Origin: Deltaproteobacteria bacterium
GTDB taxonomy: Bacteria; Myxococcota_A; UBA9160; UBA6930
NCBI GenBank assembly: GCA_019312665.1
Contig: JAFDCZ010000001.1
Location: 40,098 to 104,097 of the forward strand
DNA length: 64,000 nucleotides
Direction of reading: 5' to 3'
Part shown: one piece after another, positions 34,194 to 43,812 of the stretch
Layout: each line of letters opens with the position of its first letter
Numbering within the stretch: position 1 is the stretch's first letter
Position numbers and translations under genes: made by a program
Notes under the pieces: model-generated
What the model saw: the letters and a program-made list of their open reading frames with translations, nothing else
Told to the model about the DNA's origin: nothing
The model's database searches: none

Positions 34194-35401
34194 TTCATCA
34201 GGATGTTGATGTTCATGGCGGCGACTTCGCCCTTGATGGTGCCGCCGCCGTTATGCGCGAGCCCGACCCGCGCTCCCTCGACCTGCCGCTTGCCCGCGCG
34301 GCCCTGTAGCTGGCGAGTAAGCTCCAGGATCTGGGCGACCCCGGTAGCGCCGACCGGATGCCCCTTCCGAAGGAGCCCGCCGGATGTGTTGACGGGGATG
34401 CGCCCGCCGAGCTTCGTGTCCCCGTCCTCGAGCAGCTTGACGCTGTCTCCAGGCGGACACAGGTGCAGGCTCTCGTAGACGAGGATCTCGGTCACCGCCG
34501 ATGAATCGTGCAGCTCCACCACGTCCAGGTCAGCCGGCCCAACCCCCGCTTCGTAGTACGCCTCGTCGACGCACAGGCTGCTGACGTTCTCTTCGGCGTC
34601 CACGGGATGCTCGTAGAACGAGTGGACGACGCTCGATACCACCCGCACCGGGCTCTCGATGCCGAGCTGGCGCGCCTTGCGTTCGCTCACGATGATCGCC
34701 GCGGCACCGCCGTCGGCGACGGGGCAGATCATGGGACGCGTCAACGGTGGCACGATCGTCGGCTGCGCCAGGACCTCCTCGACCGTCATCTCGTTCAGGA
34801 ACTGGGCGTTCGGATTGAGGCTTCCGTGGTAGGAGTTCTTGGCTGAGACCATTGCGAAGTGTTCTGGGGTGGAGCCGTACTGCTCCATGTGAGCCCTGGC
34901 CATCACACCGTAGAAATCCACGAACATCGAGCGGTCCTTGCCGGATCCCTCGGATTGACCTTCGGTGATCTCCGCCATCATCTTGTCGCGTTCTTCGACG
35001 TCGACAGCTCCCGAGAAAGCCGCGAACGTGACAATCTTGTTCTCGTGGTAGAGCTTCTCCACCCCGAGAACCAACACTACGTCGTAGTAGCCGGCGGAGA
35101 CCATCAAGCAGGCCTGGTTGAGGGCGGTGCTTCCGCTGCCGCAGGCGTTTTCGATGTTCAGGATCGGGATCTTCCCCAGGCCGATCGAGCTGAGGATGAC
35201 CTGGCCACGGATCGACTCCTGCCCCGTCACCGTGCCGGCGGCGCAATTGCCCACGTACGCAGCCTCGATGTCGGCGAGTTCGATTCTGGCGTCCTTCACG
35301 GCCGCCAGCACCGGCTCGCCGCCGAGCTGTTTCAGGCTCTTGTCGAGGTGCTTGCCGAACGGGGTCATCGCGACCCCGGCAATCACGCTGTTCACACGCA
35401 C
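34190..35401 (-). CDS. Thiolase, SCP-x/nonspecific lipid-transfer-protein type, canonical catalytic residues, no DUF35 partner
   Basis: 403 aa, GTG start. NIENACGSGSTAL (nucleophilic Cys), VNTSGGLLRKGHPVGATG and LAHNGGG. Confidence 0.9.
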   Translation of the reverse strand: MRVNSVIAGVAMTPFGKHLDKSLKQLGGEPVLAAVKDARIELADIEAAYVGNCAAGTVTGQESIRGQVILSSIGLGKIPILNIENACGSGSTALNQACLMVSAGYYDVVLVLGVEKLYHENKIVTFAAFSGAVDVEERDKMMAEITEGQSEGSGKDRSMFVDFYGVMARAHMEQYGSTPEHFAMVSAKNSYHGSLNPNAQFLNEMTVEEVLAQPTIVPPLTRPMICPVADGGAAAIIVSERKARQLGIESPVRVVSSVVHSFYEHPVDAEENVSSLCVDEAYYEAGVGPADLDVVELHDSSAVTEILVYESLHLCPPGDSVKLLEDGDTKLGGRIPVNTSGGLLRKGHPVGATGVAQILELTRQLQGRAGKRQVEGARVGLAHNGGGTIKGEVAAMNINILMK

Positions 35402-35435
35402 GTCAGTTCCTCCATGGCGGATTCCGCCCCACGGT

Positions 35436-36224
35436 CTAGATCATTCCCGAACCGGGCAACTCGTAGCGCTCACGAATTCCCTCGATCTCTTCCTCCCTCC
35501 CGGGCAGTGGAGCAGGTGCCTGGAGCAACCTGCCCTGGGTCAGCTCGTCCACCACCTCCTGCAAGCGGGGAAAGGGGCGGTCGCAGGCGTTCAGCTGGAA
35601 CAGCTCTTCGAACGGCAGACGCGGCCGCTGGCCTCCCGCTTTCGGGTTCTCGAGCGGATAGCCAACGGTCTGCGCCACGACGATGCGACAACTCTCCGGC
35701 AGCCCGAAGGCCTTCTCGACCTTCGCCCAGTTCGCGGAGCCCTGGCAGCAGGTGCCCAGCCCCTGTTCAACGGCCATCAGCGTCGCCTGGGCGAGGGCTT
35801 GCCCCAGGTCCATGTCGACCATGCCCGGGCCCTTGAGAGCCTCGCTGATGTTGTCGAAGAGCGGCACCAGGGTTTCCTCGAGCTCTTTGAGTTTTCCCGG
35901 GCCATAGCCAAGAGCACCGCAGTGGACCAGCTCGCGCAGGCGTTGGCTTGCCGAGTCCATGGCATTGCCCTCCACGTACCAGAGGATGATCACTGGGGCC
36001 AGCTGCACCTGGAAGCCACCGACCGGCGACGGCAGGGACGCGGCCTGCTCTTCGGACGCACTCTCGCGGTGCACGACCAGCGCGCGAGCTGCGTTGTTAT
36101 TTCCGAAATGGGAGGCGATTCGCGCAGCCTCCAACATGCGTTGAATCTTCTCCAGTTCCACCGGACGATCGGGATCCAGGTAGCGGATCGAGCGACGATC
36201 TCCGATGACTTCTCTCAGTTCCAT
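35436..36224 (-). CDS. Nitroreductase-fold flavoprotein
   Basis: Trimmed to ATG 36224, 8 nt after GAGAGG. MELREVIGDRRSIRYLDPDRPVELEKIQRMLEAARIASHFGNNNAARALVV. Confidence 0.8.
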   Translation of the reverse strand: MELREVIGDRRSIRYLDPDRPVELEKIQRMLEAARIASHFGNNNAARALVVHRESASEEQAASLPSPVGGFQVQLAPVIILWYVEGNAMDSASQRLRELVHCGALGYGPGKLKELEETLVPLFDNISEALKGPGMVDMDLGQALAQATLMAVEQGLGTCCQGSANWAKVEKAFGLPESCRIVVAQTVGYPLENPKAGGQRPRLPFEELFQLNACDRPFPRLQEVVDELTQGRLLQAPAPLPGREEEIEGIRERYELPGSGMI

Positions 36225-36253
36225 TCGAGTGACCTCTCTGCTTGCTATTCGGA

Positions 36254-37459
36254 TCAAAGGCGGGAAGCCGCCATCAGACCCAGGAAATCGTTCTCACCGT
36301 CCTCGATGAGCGATGCGCGGGCATCCCGGAAGAGCTTCTCCACCGGGTACTCTCGGGTCAGCCCGTTACCGCCGAAAATTTGGACCGCATCGTGCGCCAC
36401 CTCGTAAGCCGTCTGGGTACAGAAGATTTTCGAAGCTGCGGCGTGCTGGAAGGGGATATCGGAAACGGCCGCCTCGACAGCGACCCGTCGCGCCAGCGCA
36501 CGAGCGCCCTCGACCTTGGAGAACATCCGGAACAGCCGCGCCTTCACGTTCTGGTGTTGGATGATGGGTACCCCGCCCTGAACGCGCTCCTTCGCGTAGG
36601 ACAAGGCGTGATCCAGGGCGGCACGGGCCACACCGACGAACTGCTGCCCCATCGCGGAGTTCGCCATCTTCAGCACCATCTCCCACACCATCCCGTAGGC
36701 ATCCGGGCCGCCGATCAAAAGGAAGGCTTCCGGTACCCGCACTTCGTCGAAGAAGATCTCACCCTGGTTGAGAGACCGCTGTCCGATCTTGTCGAGTGGT
36801 TTTCCCCGGCTGACACCAGGAAGTTCCAGCGGAACCAGGAATGCCGCGCCCCCCTTCAATCCGTCCTTGGAATCCTCCATCGTGCAGAACAGCGCCGCCG
36901 CGGTCGCGATCGTGCCGTTGGAGACCCAGGCGGCCTTCTGGCCGTTGATCACGTACTCGTCACCTTCCAGGCGAGCGCGACAGCTCGGCCGCACCGCGGG
37001 ATCGCTGAAGATGGGCTCCGTGAACCCGACGTGATCGCTGCCGTGGTCGGACTCGGTCAGGGCCAGACAGCCGATGTCGTCCCGCTTGCTGAAGAACTCG
37101 TAGGCCTCCTGCCTTCCAAAGCCCTGGGCCCAGGGTGCGATGGTGTCGCAGAGCCCCACGGAGATGGCCAGCCCGACATCGCCCCAGCTCAACTCCTCCA
37201 GGACCACAGCGTGCAGCAGAGCGCGGTCCGCCGGGCTCAGATCCGGGTCGTACTTGCTGGGGTCGCCGATGCCCAGCTCCTTGTAGCGGTCGAATACCTT
37301 CCAGAGCACCGAGCCCGGTGCGATCACGTCCGAAGCGTCGGGCATCCGATCGAGTTCCGCCGCCGCGGGCCGCATCACCTCCAAGGCGAAGCGATGCACC
37401 GTCGCCCGAATCTCCTTCATGTCATCACTGAGAGCAGCGTCCAGGGGGTAGTCCGTCAT
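36254..37459 (-). CDS. Acyl-CoA dehydrogenase
   Basis: 401 aa. CLALTESDHGSDH, INGQKAAWVSNG and QIFGGNGLTREYPVEKLFRDARASLIEDGENDF. Its ATG overlaps the alpha-2 stop as ATGA (37456-37459). Confidence 0.9.
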   Translation of the reverse strand: MTDYPLDAALSDDMKEIRATVHRFALEVMRPAAAELDRMPDASDVIAPGSVLWKVFDRYKELGIGDPSKYDPDLSPADRALLHAVVLEELSWGDVGLAISVGLCDTIAPWAQGFGRQEAYEFFSKRDDIGCLALTESDHGSDHVGFTEPIFSDPAVRPSCRARLEGDEYVINGQKAAWVSNGTIATAAALFCTMEDSKDGLKGGAAFLVPLELPGVSRGKPLDKIGQRSLNQGEIFFDEVRVPEAFLLIGGPDAYGMVWEMVLKMANSAMGQQFVGVARAALDHALSYAKERVQGGVPIIQHQNVKARLFRMFSKVEGARALARRVAVEAAVSDIPFQHAAASKIFCTQTAYEVAHDAVQIFGGNGLTREYPVEKLFRDARASLIEDGENDFLGLMAASRL

Positions 37460-40380
37460 GTTCGTTCTCCTGAAAATTGGGGACCGCCCGCCAGCCGCTC
37501 CACCTCGACCCGGGTTCCCCGGTCGGGGCAGCCAGGCTCACCCATGAGCAGCGTGGGCTGGAGCTGGAAGTAGCCGCCCGCCAAATGTATCGGGTTCATG
37601 GGGCTCGGAATCAGCGACTGGTGTGATTTGCCGTGTTTGAACTGGAAGGGCTCCCAGGCGTGGTAGACCACGACCTGTCCCGGGCGCACGGAGGACGTGA
37701 CTTTGGCCTGGATCTCGAAGGAGCCGATGTCGTTGTGGACGCGTACAGAACTTCCGTCTTGGATACCGCGCTCGGCGGCGTCCTCATCGCCGAGGAAGAT
37801 GAGCGGCTCACCCCGCTGCAGTTGAAGCAGGGTCTGGTTGTCCCGCCATGAAGCATGGATGGACCAACGGTCGTGGCCTCCGGTCATCTCGAGGGGGTAC
37901 TCGCCACCGAGCTTCGGGTTGTCCTTGTGAACGGGCAGCTCCTCCCCCATCTCCAGGAAGTACGGATGGTCGATGTAGAACTGCATCCGTCTGGTGAGCG
38001 TGGGCCAGGGCTGCTTCTTCTGAACCTGCCAGGTATTCGCCGTGATGGTCTGGTCCGGCTCGATATCGGTTGCGTGGTTGATCTGGGAGGGGCTCATGCC
38101 TACGCCCGTGTAGCGCGCGTAGCCCTTCTCCTTGATCTCCTTCCATCGCACGCCACCGAGATTCGTGGTCACGGCGAGCATCTCGTCGAGGACCTCCTCG
38201 GTATTCTCCTCCGTGAAACGTCCGCCGAACGTGAACTCGTCGTAGACCTGATCCAGACGCCGGGTCTCTCCCGCACGGTCCACGAATTCGGAGATGCCCC
38301 GCTCGATCGCGCGCTGCTGCAGCGTCTTCAGGAAGAGGCAGTGGAACTCCCAGTCGGGCTTCGACTCGCCAAGCGGCTCGACCGCGCGGGTCGTCACGTG
38401 GCAAAATGGCGTGATGGGGGATCCCCAGGTGAGGTCGTCCTTCTCGTACCAGCCCGCCGCAGGGAACACGTAGTCGCTGAAGCGCGCCGTGTTGCTCATC
38501 CGCCAATCGACCGTCACGAGCAGATCGAGCTTCGGCAGAAGCCCGTCGATCATCCGGTCGTAGCCCCGCACCCGGCGCAACAGATTGCCACCGACTTCGA
38601 ACACGATGCGCGGGGGCGTGGTGGGGACCACCTGCCATCCCTTTGCCACGGCTTCGTCGAAGTACTCCTTGAACTCGCGGGGCAGCGAAGGATCCCAACG
38701 TTTCGCGCTTCCGTAGAGTTCCTCGAGCCCCCCATACTTGTAGAGCCACAGCGGAGTGGCGAGGTAGCGCCCGGACTTGTACTCCAGACGGCTCAAGGCG
38801 GAGATCATCATCTCCTCGGAGAAGCCATCCAGCTTCATCCTGGCCATCGCGGGCAAGGCCTGGAGGCCGAGGACAGCGAGGCCGAGCTTGGGAGAAAGCT
38901 TGCCGTTGGCCACGGCGAGCGCATCCGGACCCGCGATGGAGAGGTAGGGAAAGGCTGCGATTCCGGCGCCCTTCTTCCCGATCTGACCCGCCAGGGTGAA
39001 GGCCAGGATCAGGCCCCGTTCCATTTCCATACCGTGGTAGTACTTGGAGAAGTTCGTCTGGGTGATGGCGCTGGCCGCCTTGGCGGTCGCCAACGCCCGC
39101 GCCAGCTTGCGGATCTGCTTCGGAGGCGTCCCAGTGATCACGGATGCAGCCTCCGGGGTGTACTCCGCGAGGCGTTTCTTCAGCAATGCAAAGACCGGCG
39201 TCACGCCGACCTCGCCTGTCCGCGTCTGTACCCGGTATTCTCCCTCGAGGCTGGGATCGAGTTCGCCGAGAGCCAGGGTCGATCGCGGTGCCGGGACCAC
39301 CTTTCCCGCCTTCTGATCAAAAATGTAGAAGGCGTCTTCCCGGCCACCCTCCTCCAGGTCGCTCTCGCGCAGGAAGAGGCCGGTGTCTTCACGCACCAGG
39401 AAGGGCAGATCGGTTTGCTCGACGACGAAGTGACGGTCGAAGATCTCCTCCTCGACCATCACCTGCGCCAGCGCCATCCCCAGGGCCGCATCGGTTCCCA
39501 TCTGCACCGGAACCCACTCGTCCGTGTGGACGCAGGAGGCGTTGTAGTCCGGCGTGATCGCTACCACGCGCGCCCCGTGGTAGCGGGCCTCATTGATGAA
39601 ATGGACGTTGGGGATCTGGGTGTAGTTGGGATTGCCGCCCCAGATCAGGATCAGGTCGGAGTAGAAGAGATCATCGAAGGAGCCGGTGAAGCAGATCTTC
39701 CCAGTCGTGACAGTGGCGCCGGGATAGTGGTCGCCGATCTCCGTGTTCGTCTCGAGCATCGGCGTGTCGAGCACGGAAACGGTGCGCGTCAGCCCGAGAC
39801 CATGGCAGCCATTGGTGATGGCGCTTCCCATGTCCCAGATGATGGAGCCGGGCCCATCCTCTATCAGGGCATCGATGGCGGAATCGGCCACCTCGCGCAG
39901 CCCCTCCTCCCAGGAAATGCGCTTCCAGCGCCCCTCGCCGCGTTCCCCGACGCGCTTGAGCGGGTGCAACATGCGCGACGGGTCGTGCATGCGGTCGCTG
40001 TAGCAGGCCCCCTTCTGGCATCCGCGCGGGTTGAAGTCGGGCACCTCGGAATTGGTCTGCGGATAGTCGCCTACCTGTTCTTCGCGCCAGACCACGCCAT
40101 CCTTGACGTAGACGTTCCACGCGCAGCCGCGCTGGTAGGCGCAGTTCACGTAGTGGGTGCTCTTGGAGATGGAATCCCAGGTCCAGCGCTCACGGTAGAG
40201 GTCCCGCCAGTCCCCGTACGCGGGCGTGGGGGGCGGAGCCGCGGGAGAAACGGATTCGACGAGTTCCGCCTCCTGACAGCGGAGCTGGGTGAGAGCGAGC
40301 ACGACGGTCGCTCCGGATCCCCAGAGGAATTCCCGCCGGTTGATGCCTGGCGTTCTCGCGCGGTCGACGTCGAATCCCAT
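37456..40380 (-). CDS. Type II DMSO-reductase-family Mo-bisPGD alpha subunit, EBDH/S25DH-like, paralog 2; no adjacent beta/gamma
   Basis: The 1021-aa track ORF was trimmed to ATG 40380, which sits 1 nt after the upstream hydratase stop. MGFDVDRARTPGINRREFLWGSGATVVLAL (Tat signal), STHYVNCAYQRGCAWNVYVKDG and NPRGCQKGAC, TNTEIGDHYPGATV. Confidence 0.9.
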   Translation of the reverse strand: MGFDVDRARTPGINRREFLWGSGATVVLALTQLRCQEAELVESVSPAAPPPTPAYGDWRDLYRERWTWDSISKSTHYVNCAYQRGCAWNVYVKDGVVWREEQVGDYPQTNSEVPDFNPRGCQKGACYSDRMHDPSRMLHPLKRVGERGEGRWKRISWEEGLREVADSAIDALIEDGPGSIIWDMGSAITNGCHGLGLTRTVSVLDTPMLETNTEIGDHYPGATVTTGKICFTGSFDDLFYSDLILIWGGNPNYTQIPNVHFINEARYHGARVVAITPDYNASCVHTDEWVPVQMGTDAALGMALAQVMVEEEIFDRHFVVEQTDLPFLVREDTGLFLRESDLEEGGREDAFYIFDQKAGKVVPAPRSTLALGELDPSLEGEYRVQTRTGEVGVTPVFALLKKRLAEYTPEAASVITGTPPKQIRKLARALATAKAASAITQTNFSKYYHGMEMERGLILAFTLAGQIGKKGAGIAAFPYLSIAGPDALAVANGKLSPKLGLAVLGLQALPAMARMKLDGFSEEMMISALSRLEYKSGRYLATPLWLYKYGGLEELYGSAKRWDPSLPREFKEYFDEAVAKGWQVVPTTPPRIVFEVGGNLLRRVRGYDRMIDGLLPKLDLLVTVDWRMSNTARFSDYVFPAAGWYEKDDLTWGSPITPFCHVTTRAVEPLGESKPDWEFHCLFLKTLQQRAIERGISEFVDRAGETRRLDQVYDEFTFGGRFTEENTEEVLDEMLAVTTNLGGVRWKEIKEKGYARYTGVGMSPSQINHATDIEPDQTITANTWQVQKKQPWPTLTRRMQFYIDHPYFLEMGEELPVHKDNPKLGGEYPLEMTGGHDRWSIHASWRDNQTLLQLQRGEPLIFLGDEDAAERGIQDGSSVRVHNDIGSFEIQAKVTSSVRPGQVVVYHAWEPFQFKHGKSHQSLIPSPMNPIHLAGGYFQLQPTLLMGEPGCPDRGTRVEVERLAGGPQFSGERT

Positions 40381-40381
40381 C

Positions 40382-41191
40382 TCAGGTTCCCTTGAAGCGC
40401 GGCTTGCGCTTCTCGGCGAACGCCGCCGGCCCCTCCTTCGCGTCCTCGGAGCCGAGCACACGAGCGCCCAGGGCCTTCTCCAGCACGAAACCCGACTCGA
40501 GCTCCAAACCGCGAACGGCAATCTCCTTGGCCGTGCGCATGGCGAGTGGTCCGTTCTTGCAGAGATCCTCCGCCCACTTCATTGCCGTGGGCATGAGCTC
40601 GTCAGAGGGTACGACCTCGTTGATCAGCCCTACTTCGTACGCGCGCTGGGCGCTGATCGGCTTGCCGGTCAGCAGGAGTTGCATCGAGATGGCCCAGGGG
40701 ATCTGGCGTGGAAGCCGGATGTGGGTGCCGCCGAGCGGCACGAGGCCCCAACGGACTTCTCCGAGGCCGAAGGTGGCGTGCTCGGCGGCGATCCGAAGGT
40801 CCGTCCCCAGAAGCATCTCCATCCCGCCCGCGATACAGAATCCGTTGACCGCACAGATGATCGGCTTGAAGACGTCGGAGAACTGGCGCTTGGTCGTATC
40901 ATCGAAGCCGAGAGTGTCTCCACCGGTCAGCATGGGTGCGGCCTCCTTCAGGTCGAGCCCCGAGGAGAAGGCCTTGTCACCGCTCGCAGTAAAAACGGCC
41001 ACCCAGAGATCGGGATCTTTCTGGAACGCCCGCATGGCGTCCTCGATGCCGGTGAGCATCTCCGCGGTGAGCGAGTTGAGCGCATCGGGGCGGTCGATGG
41101 TGATGACCGCGATGTGGTCCTTGCACTCGTAGGAAAGGGTGGACGGTAACTCCAATGGTTTGACTCCCTCGATGTTCTGAGCGTCTCGCAT
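40382..41191 (-). CDS. Enoyl-CoA hydratase/isomerase (crotonase) family protein
   Basis: 269 aa. IAVITIDRPDALNSLTAEM, AFSSGLDLKE, ICAVNGFCIAGGMEMLLGTDLRIAAEHATFGLGEVRWGLVP and EGPAAFAEKRKPRFKG. Confidence 0.9.
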   Translation of the reverse strand: MRDAQNIEGVKPLELPSTLSYECKDHIAVITIDRPDALNSLTAEMLTGIEDAMRAFQKDPDLWVAVFTASGDKAFSSGLDLKEAAPMLTGGDTLGFDDTTKRQFSDVFKPIICAVNGFCIAGGMEMLLGTDLRIAAEHATFGLGEVRWGLVPLGGTHIRLPRQIPWAISMQLLLTGKPISAQRAYEVGLINEVVPSDELMPTAMKWAEDLCKNGPLAMRTAKEIAVRGLELESGFVLEKALGARVLGSEDAKEGPAAFAEKRKPRFKGT

Positions 41192-41202
41192 TCCGGTTCG
41201 GA

Positions 41203-41628
41203 TCAGGACGTGCCGCGCCGGAATTTCGGCAGCGTGACATCCTCGTTTGCATCTTCGAAAACCACCTCGACGGCCATATCAATCTCCAGCTGGTCGGGCG
41301 GGCAATCCGTCACCTGGCTCAGGATCCGGACGCCCTCCTCCATCTCGATCACGACCGGCGCGTAGGGACACGCCTCCTGGAAAGCCGGGTGAAGCGCACG
41401 GACGACCACGGTCCACGTAAACACCCTTCCCCGCCCGGAGGAGCGCTCCCACTCCCATTCCCACGAGCCGCACCCGGCGCACATTTCCCTGGGCACGTGG
41501 CGCCAGCTCCGGCAATCGCGGCAGCGCTGAAAGCGGAGTTCGCCGTTCTTGCAGTACCCATAGAACTCTCCGGCGAGACCCTCGAGCAAGGGCAGCGGCT
41601 TGGGGATTCCTGTCTCGACCTGGTTCAT
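41203..41628 (-). CDS. DUF35 family Zn-ribbon/OB-fold protein
   Basis: 141 aa. Zn-ribbon CRDCRSWRHVPREMCAGC and OB-fold-like YAPVVIEMEEGVRILSQV. Lies directly downstream of a thiolase-like gene. Confidence 0.85.
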   Translation of the reverse strand: MNQVETGIPKPLPLLEGLAGEFYGYCKNGELRFQRCRDCRSWRHVPREMCAGCGSWEWEWERSSGRGRVFTWTVVVRALHPAFQEACPYAPVVIEMEEGVRILSQVTDCPPDQLEIDMAVEVVFEDANEDVTLPKFRRGTS

Positions 41629-41641
41629 GGACTCTCCCTAC

Positions 41642-42802
41642 TCACGCGCGGCGCAGGATCGCGATGCTGCCGTCGCCGAAATCGCCCCAGCCGGTCACGA
41701 CACCAATCTCGGCATTGGCGACCTGACGCTCGCCTGCATCGCCGCGCAGCTGTCGAACGGCCTCGACGATGTGGTTCATGCCAAGGACGTGCGCCTCCGA
41801 GAGGAGCCCGCCATGGGTGTTCACCGGCAGCTCTCCGCCCAGCTCGATGCGCCCGCCCTCGACGAAGGCACCGCCCTCGCCGCGCTTGCAGAAACCTGCC
41901 TCCTCCAGCTGCTGTAGTACCTCGAAGGTGAAGCAATCGTAGATCTGGGCGAAGTCCACGTCGCGAGGTGAAATTCCGGCCTGTCCGAAGGCTTCGGGGG
42001 CGGCGAGGCTGAGACCCGTCTGGAAGAAGTCCTTCCTGTTCGTGATCTCGTCTGCAGGGAAAGGCTGTCCGGACGCCGCGCCCATGATGAAGACCGGCTC
42101 CTTGCCGAGGTCACGCGCCCGTTCCGGCGTGGTCACCACGACCGCCGCCGCGCCGTCGGTCTCGAGACAGCAATCGAACAAGCGATAGGGATCCGCCAGC
42201 ATGGGAGAGGCCATGTAGTCTTCGAGGGTCATGGCGCGACCCTTCATCACGGCGTTGGGATTCCGCTGGGCGTGCTTGCGCATTGCCACGGCGATGCACC
42301 CGAGCTGCTCGGGCCGTGTCCCGAACTCGTGCATGTGCCGGCGTGCCATCACCGAGTACCACTGGGGCGGAGCCGAGAAGCCGAAGGGCAGATAGAAATC
42401 GCGTGCGATCGCCCCGCCGGGGAGGGACGAAACATCCTCGGCGACCGTCTGGCGCGCCCGTGGCCCTGAGTAGCCGTTCCACCCGGCTGGGATCAGCACG
42501 TAGTCGGCGAGCCCTTGCCGAACCGCGGCGCCGGCCACCCGAAGCGAAGCCACTGGGGCGGCGCCACCCATCCAGACGATGGATTGGAAGCGCAGGTTCT
42601 CGCAGCCGAGATTGGCGGCGAAGCTCTCGGCATGGCCCAGGTTCGGGAAGGGCATGATCCCGTCGATCTGGCTGCCCTCGAGCCCGGCGTCCTCGATGGC
42701 GCGCACCGCGGCCTGCAGCTGGATCCCCAGCGTGCTCAGCCCCGAGCCGGGCTTCCGCACGTAGGCGGTCTCCCCGATCCCGACGATGCAGGCCTCGTCC
42801 AT
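41642..42802 (-). CDS. Thiolase-superfamily protein lacking the nucleophilic cysteine (aldolase-like candidate)
   Basis: ATG 42802 lies 9 nt after GGAGGA (MDEACIVGIGETAYVRK). The alternative start GTG 42823 overlaps the amidohydrolase stop as GTGA. The nucleophile elbow reads SIVWMGGAAPVAS, with Gly where the two paralogs have Cys. Confidence 0.85.
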   Translation of the reverse strand: MDEACIVGIGETAYVRKPGSGLSTLGIQLQAAVRAIEDAGLEGSQIDGIMPFPNLGHAESFAANLGCENLRFQSIVWMGGAAPVASLRVAGAAVRQGLADYVLIPAGWNGYSGPRARQTVAEDVSSLPGGAIARDFYLPFGFSAPPQWYSVMARRHMHEFGTRPEQLGCIAVAMRKHAQRNPNAVMKGRAMTLEDYMASPMLADPYRLFDCCLETDGAAAVVVTTPERARDLGKEPVFIMGAASGQPFPADEITNRKDFFQTGLSLAAPEAFGQAGISPRDVDFAQIYDCFTFEVLQQLEEAGFCKRGEGGAFVEGGRIELGGELPVNTHGGLLSEAHVLGMNHIVEAVRQLRGDAGERQVANAEIGVVTGWGDFGDGSIAILRRA

Positions 42803-42819
42803 TGCGCCCGATCCTCCGC

Positions 42820-43791
42820 TCACTTCACCCGTTTGGTGGGCTCGATCTTCGCCAGCCGGGCCAGGTTCAGACCGAGGAAGCCTGCCCGCATCTCATCGGT
42901 GATCTCCGGGTAGCCGTAGTTCTTCTGCAACTCTTCGGGGATCTGCAGATTGCGCGCCCAATCGACCACTCGCTTGGTGTCGTCGAAAGGCAGGTCGAGG
43001 CCCATCACGATCTTACTCGGATCCACCCATTGGAGTGCGGTACCGATCGCGTGGTAGCCGCGATAACGCGAGCGCTCGTACCAACCCGCGATGCCCGACA
43101 TGCTCAGGAACAGGTTCTGATGCTTGCCAGCGAGTCCGATCAACTCCTCGGTGTGCGGCCAGCCCATGTGGTAGGCGATGATCTTGAGTTCTGGAAAGTC
43201 GAGCAGCACTCGATCGAGGGTGCCCGGGAGGGTGTGGAGGTTGGGCTGTGGCACGACGTACGACATGCCCGTGTGCATGGTCAACGCGATGTCCAGCTCA
43301 CAGGCCTTCTCGTAGAACGGCCACATCCGCCGGTCGTCGAGGGGTCCGTCGTCCTCGGGCTGATACACCTTGCAGAGCTTGGCGTTGCCCTCCTTGACCA
43401 GGTACTCGAGCTCCCAGATGGCGTTGTCGAGGCCGCGTCGGATGATGGGGCCCACCATGGCTTCGAGGTACATACGATCCGGATAGGGCTCGATCTGCTG
43501 CATCATGAATGCGTTGGTGGACATGGCGACCGTGTGCCCGCTGATGTCCATCATCCCTTCGCGCAGAGCGAAGCAGACGTCTACACCCGCCTCGTCCATG
43601 TACTTGATCAGCTCGCTCGCGATGGGATGGGGCCACTCCCCGGATAGATCGCGGCCCGACCAGGCGCGCATCACGCCATCGACGCTTGCCCACCAGCGCT
43701 GGGTGTTCGGGTAGTAGCTGATCTCGGCCATGGTGACCGGGTTCATGAAATGGCACTCGGACAGGGCCACGAAATAGTCATCACTCACCAT
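42820..43791 (-). CDS. Amidohydrolase-2 (PF04909-like, metal-dependent hydrolase/decarboxylase/hydratase) family protein
   Basis: 323 aa, ATG 43791 behind GAAGGAGGA. TIM-barrel-hydrolase-like LTMHTGMSYV, IIAYHMGWPHTEE and IVMGLDLPFDD. Family assignment by eye only. Confidence 0.75.
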   Translation of the reverse strand: MVSDDYFVALSECHFMNPVTMAEISYYPNTQRWWASVDGVMRAWSGRDLSGEWPHPIASELIKYMDEAGVDVCFALREGMMDISGHTVAMSTNAFMMQQIEPYPDRMYLEAMVGPIIRRGLDNAIWELEYLVKEGNAKLCKVYQPEDDGPLDDRRMWPFYEKACELDIALTMHTGMSYVVPQPNLHTLPGTLDRVLLDFPELKIIAYHMGWPHTEELIGLAGKHQNLFLSMSGIAGWYERSRYRGYHAIGTALQWVDPSKIVMGLDLPFDDTKRVVDWARNLQIPEELQKNYGYPEITDEMRAGFLGLNLARLAKIEPTKRVK

Positions 43792-43812
43792 GTCGTCCTC
43801 CTTCTGACAGGT

